A stretch of 64,000 nucleotides of DNA from Oopsacas minuta (Eukaryota; Animalia; Porifera). Positions 61,936-64,000 of the stretch are shown piece after piece. Under the pieces are notes generated by a model. That model saw nothing but the letters and a program-made list of their open reading frames with translations, was not told the DNA's origin and searched no databases. The position numbers and the translations under genes are program-made. Every line of letters starts with the position of its first letter. The stretch's first letter is position 1. The DNA lies in NCBI GenBank assembly GCA_024704765.1, contig JAKMXF010000244.1, forward strand, positions 177,905 through 241,904, read 5' to 3'.

Positions 61936-62243
61936 CTGGTCTGCCTTTTCTAAAAGATTTGTTATACTTGTAATAGTATATTTCCTTCCTTCTTCATCGT
62001 TAATAGACTCAAATGAGGAACAAGCCTTGGCACAAAGCATATAATCAAACTTTCCATACTTTGAAAAACCACAAGAGTTACAAAGAAACGGATCTTTTTC
62101 GTCGTAGTTGATTGCCCGGCATTTGTGACATTGGAAAACATTTTCACTACAATTGGCACAAATCCCTGGGTGTACTGGAACTGGAGCACTACATCTTGGA
62201 CATTGGAGAGTTTCAGGTGTTGTTTGTACATTCTCATATAGAT
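61936..62243 (-). CDS. UBR4: UBR4 internal exon, Cys-rich zinc-binding region (phase 1 to phase 0, 308 nt); absent from the ORF track because it has no early start codon
   Basis: gttatag|ATCTAT...GACCAG|gtgatt. Encodes [70 protein letters not shown]...LLEKADQ, close to human [70 protein letters not shown]. Confidence 0.97.
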
Positions 62244-64000
62244 CTATAACGAAAATATGTGAAAACGATGCAAATATATATTATGTGTATAAAGATAAAT
62301 TGAGGTATAAAACGATATAAAATTTCTGGTGTTCAAAAGATATCAATATACTCAGTTGAAGCCCATTTACTTATCATGGTACATTTATAAGCAGAAATAT
62401 TGCCACAAAAAATTCAATGCAATCGGACTTCGTATAGGTGTCGCGGAATTTGCTATAATGCGTGGTATAGAAACTCATTGAATATCAATCGTTTGATAGA
62501 AACCTTTCGAATATCCTTCTTCCGTGGCATTTGAGTAACTAAATAACAGTTATGAATATGGTAAATAACTAATTGGGCTATACTGGATGGTATCATCAAT
62601 TCATTTTGAGTACTTAAATTTATTCTGTGGGTCTGTCTCACTTTCATGTATGAAGATGCGAAATCGGTGAGGAGAGAATTATGAATCGGTGTATATTTCC
62701 TGTGTAGACTACCAACAATTTTCTCAGCCTATATTTCAATAAATATTTAGAATGTAAAATGTATTAGAGGATGAATAATCGAAATTTACAAAATTTTGTG
62801 ATGTCAAGTATACATCGAATGTTCCTGACCATTTTTAGATATATTGAGGTGTTGAGATAGCCATATAGCTTAATAACAAAATAATAGGGGACAATGGTGC
62901 ACCAACAATGAATATTTCATATGGGAAGAAAATGTAATTACGAAAAGCAAGTGTACTCCTCACAGACCCAAATGCGATACCCTTCTTTCTCCGGGGATTT
63001 CCAAAGATAACATCTGGATATAGGGTTTATAGGGTTTAAAACACATGAAAATTTGATCAATATGATGATATTCTAATATATATAGATAGGATTCAATAAG
63101 AATACAGCAGCAGACTCTGCTAAATACGATCAAATAGTGAGAAGGCCACAAGGGTGGATCTATGATTTCGGTAAGGGAGCGGGGAAAAAATTGCAAGCAG
63201 CTAGGTAGGGTTGAGACCATAAGTATTCTTCGCTATACGTTGCTATATGAACTCCGGAAAGAAGTTAAGTATATCAGTGTTATTATATACTTTTATGCGA
63301 TCTACTGATTCGATCGTGTAGCTCTGTATACTATCAATTCATTGCAAACTGTCTCTTGAAATAGTAACCTAAATGATCAGATCAATGTTGGTTGATTTTC
63401 GTTCATTAACTAGAAACCCACACGTATAAGGAAGTGGAGAATAGGGACTGTCTTAAGATTAATAGTTCTAATCAACTTGAAAGTTTAGTAGTAGAATTCA
63501 ATGTGAATCTACTACAAGTAGCTATTTTTGGGCGAGATTTATATAAAAACATTCATGTATTTATTGCTATAATCAATTAAAAAAACGAAATATAATTCTC
63601 AGAAAGTATTTTTGTACAAATTGTACCATAGTCAGACAAAAACCTTGGGAGATAGTATTTAAGTTTTAAAAATAATCTGTCCATGAATTTAAAGTTGTTG
63701 CAGGAAGTGGCTATACAAATTCACTCGAAGACGTCTGGTTAAAGGAGATTTGCAGTTGAATGTATAAGTGGGGAAGGGGATGCATCAGAAGAAATGCTAG
63801 AAAATTCGAAAGGTGCTCACTATGGGCAATTTAAACACAGCGATACATGGGGAGATCTTGTGTAAAGTGTGACAGCACTATTTATTTTGTTTTAACAAAC
63901 AATCAAAAAGAGTGACACATGGAGGGGATAGTTCAAAGATATTGGGAAATTTGCTTTACATAAGTTTGAAAGGCCCATTATGTAGAATTTGTCTAAGTTT

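Noticed and set aside
1-64000. CRISPR array, prokaryotic defence operon, or viral/phage gene cluster
   Set aside because: There are no regularly spaced direct repeats with unique spacers and no dense co-oriented long ORFs. The DNA is spliced eukaryotic sequence with TA-, TTA- and 8-bp-TSD transposons.

Overview
AT-rich eukaryotic (animal-like) genomic DNA using the standard genetic code. I see no prokaryotic operon, CRISPR array, rRNA or complete tRNA. The one host gene I can firmly identify is a minus-strand orthologue of the giant E3/E4 ubiquitin ligase UBR4 (p600). Four in-phase GT-AG exons (62243-61936, 44326-44128, 9911-9589, 6279-5990; about 373 aa) align collinearly with the Cys-rich zinc-binding and following helical region of metazoan UBR4. 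They are separated by introns of 17.6 kb, 34.2 kb and 3.3 kb, so almost the whole window is intronic. The introns hold a very diverse set of DNA transposons: mariner DD34D (four full-length copies plus a remnant), Tc1 DD35E and DD37E, a rosa-type DD41D, pogo/Tigger, a TTA-TSD DDE element, hAT elements (Buster, Ac-like, Tip100/ZMYM1-like), MULE and OTU-protease remnants, a Transib/RAG1-like remnant and several MITEs. Three nested insertions can be reconstructed to the base. Every transposase carries at least one lesion, and one mariner is a single base from intact. I found no evidence of a new multi-gene system. The most interesting signals are the transposon-inflated UBR4 introns, the unresolved UBR4 3' end, the nested insertions and a repeat family that sits head-to-head at (TA)n tracts. 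All family assignments come from motifs recognised by eye, not from database searches.
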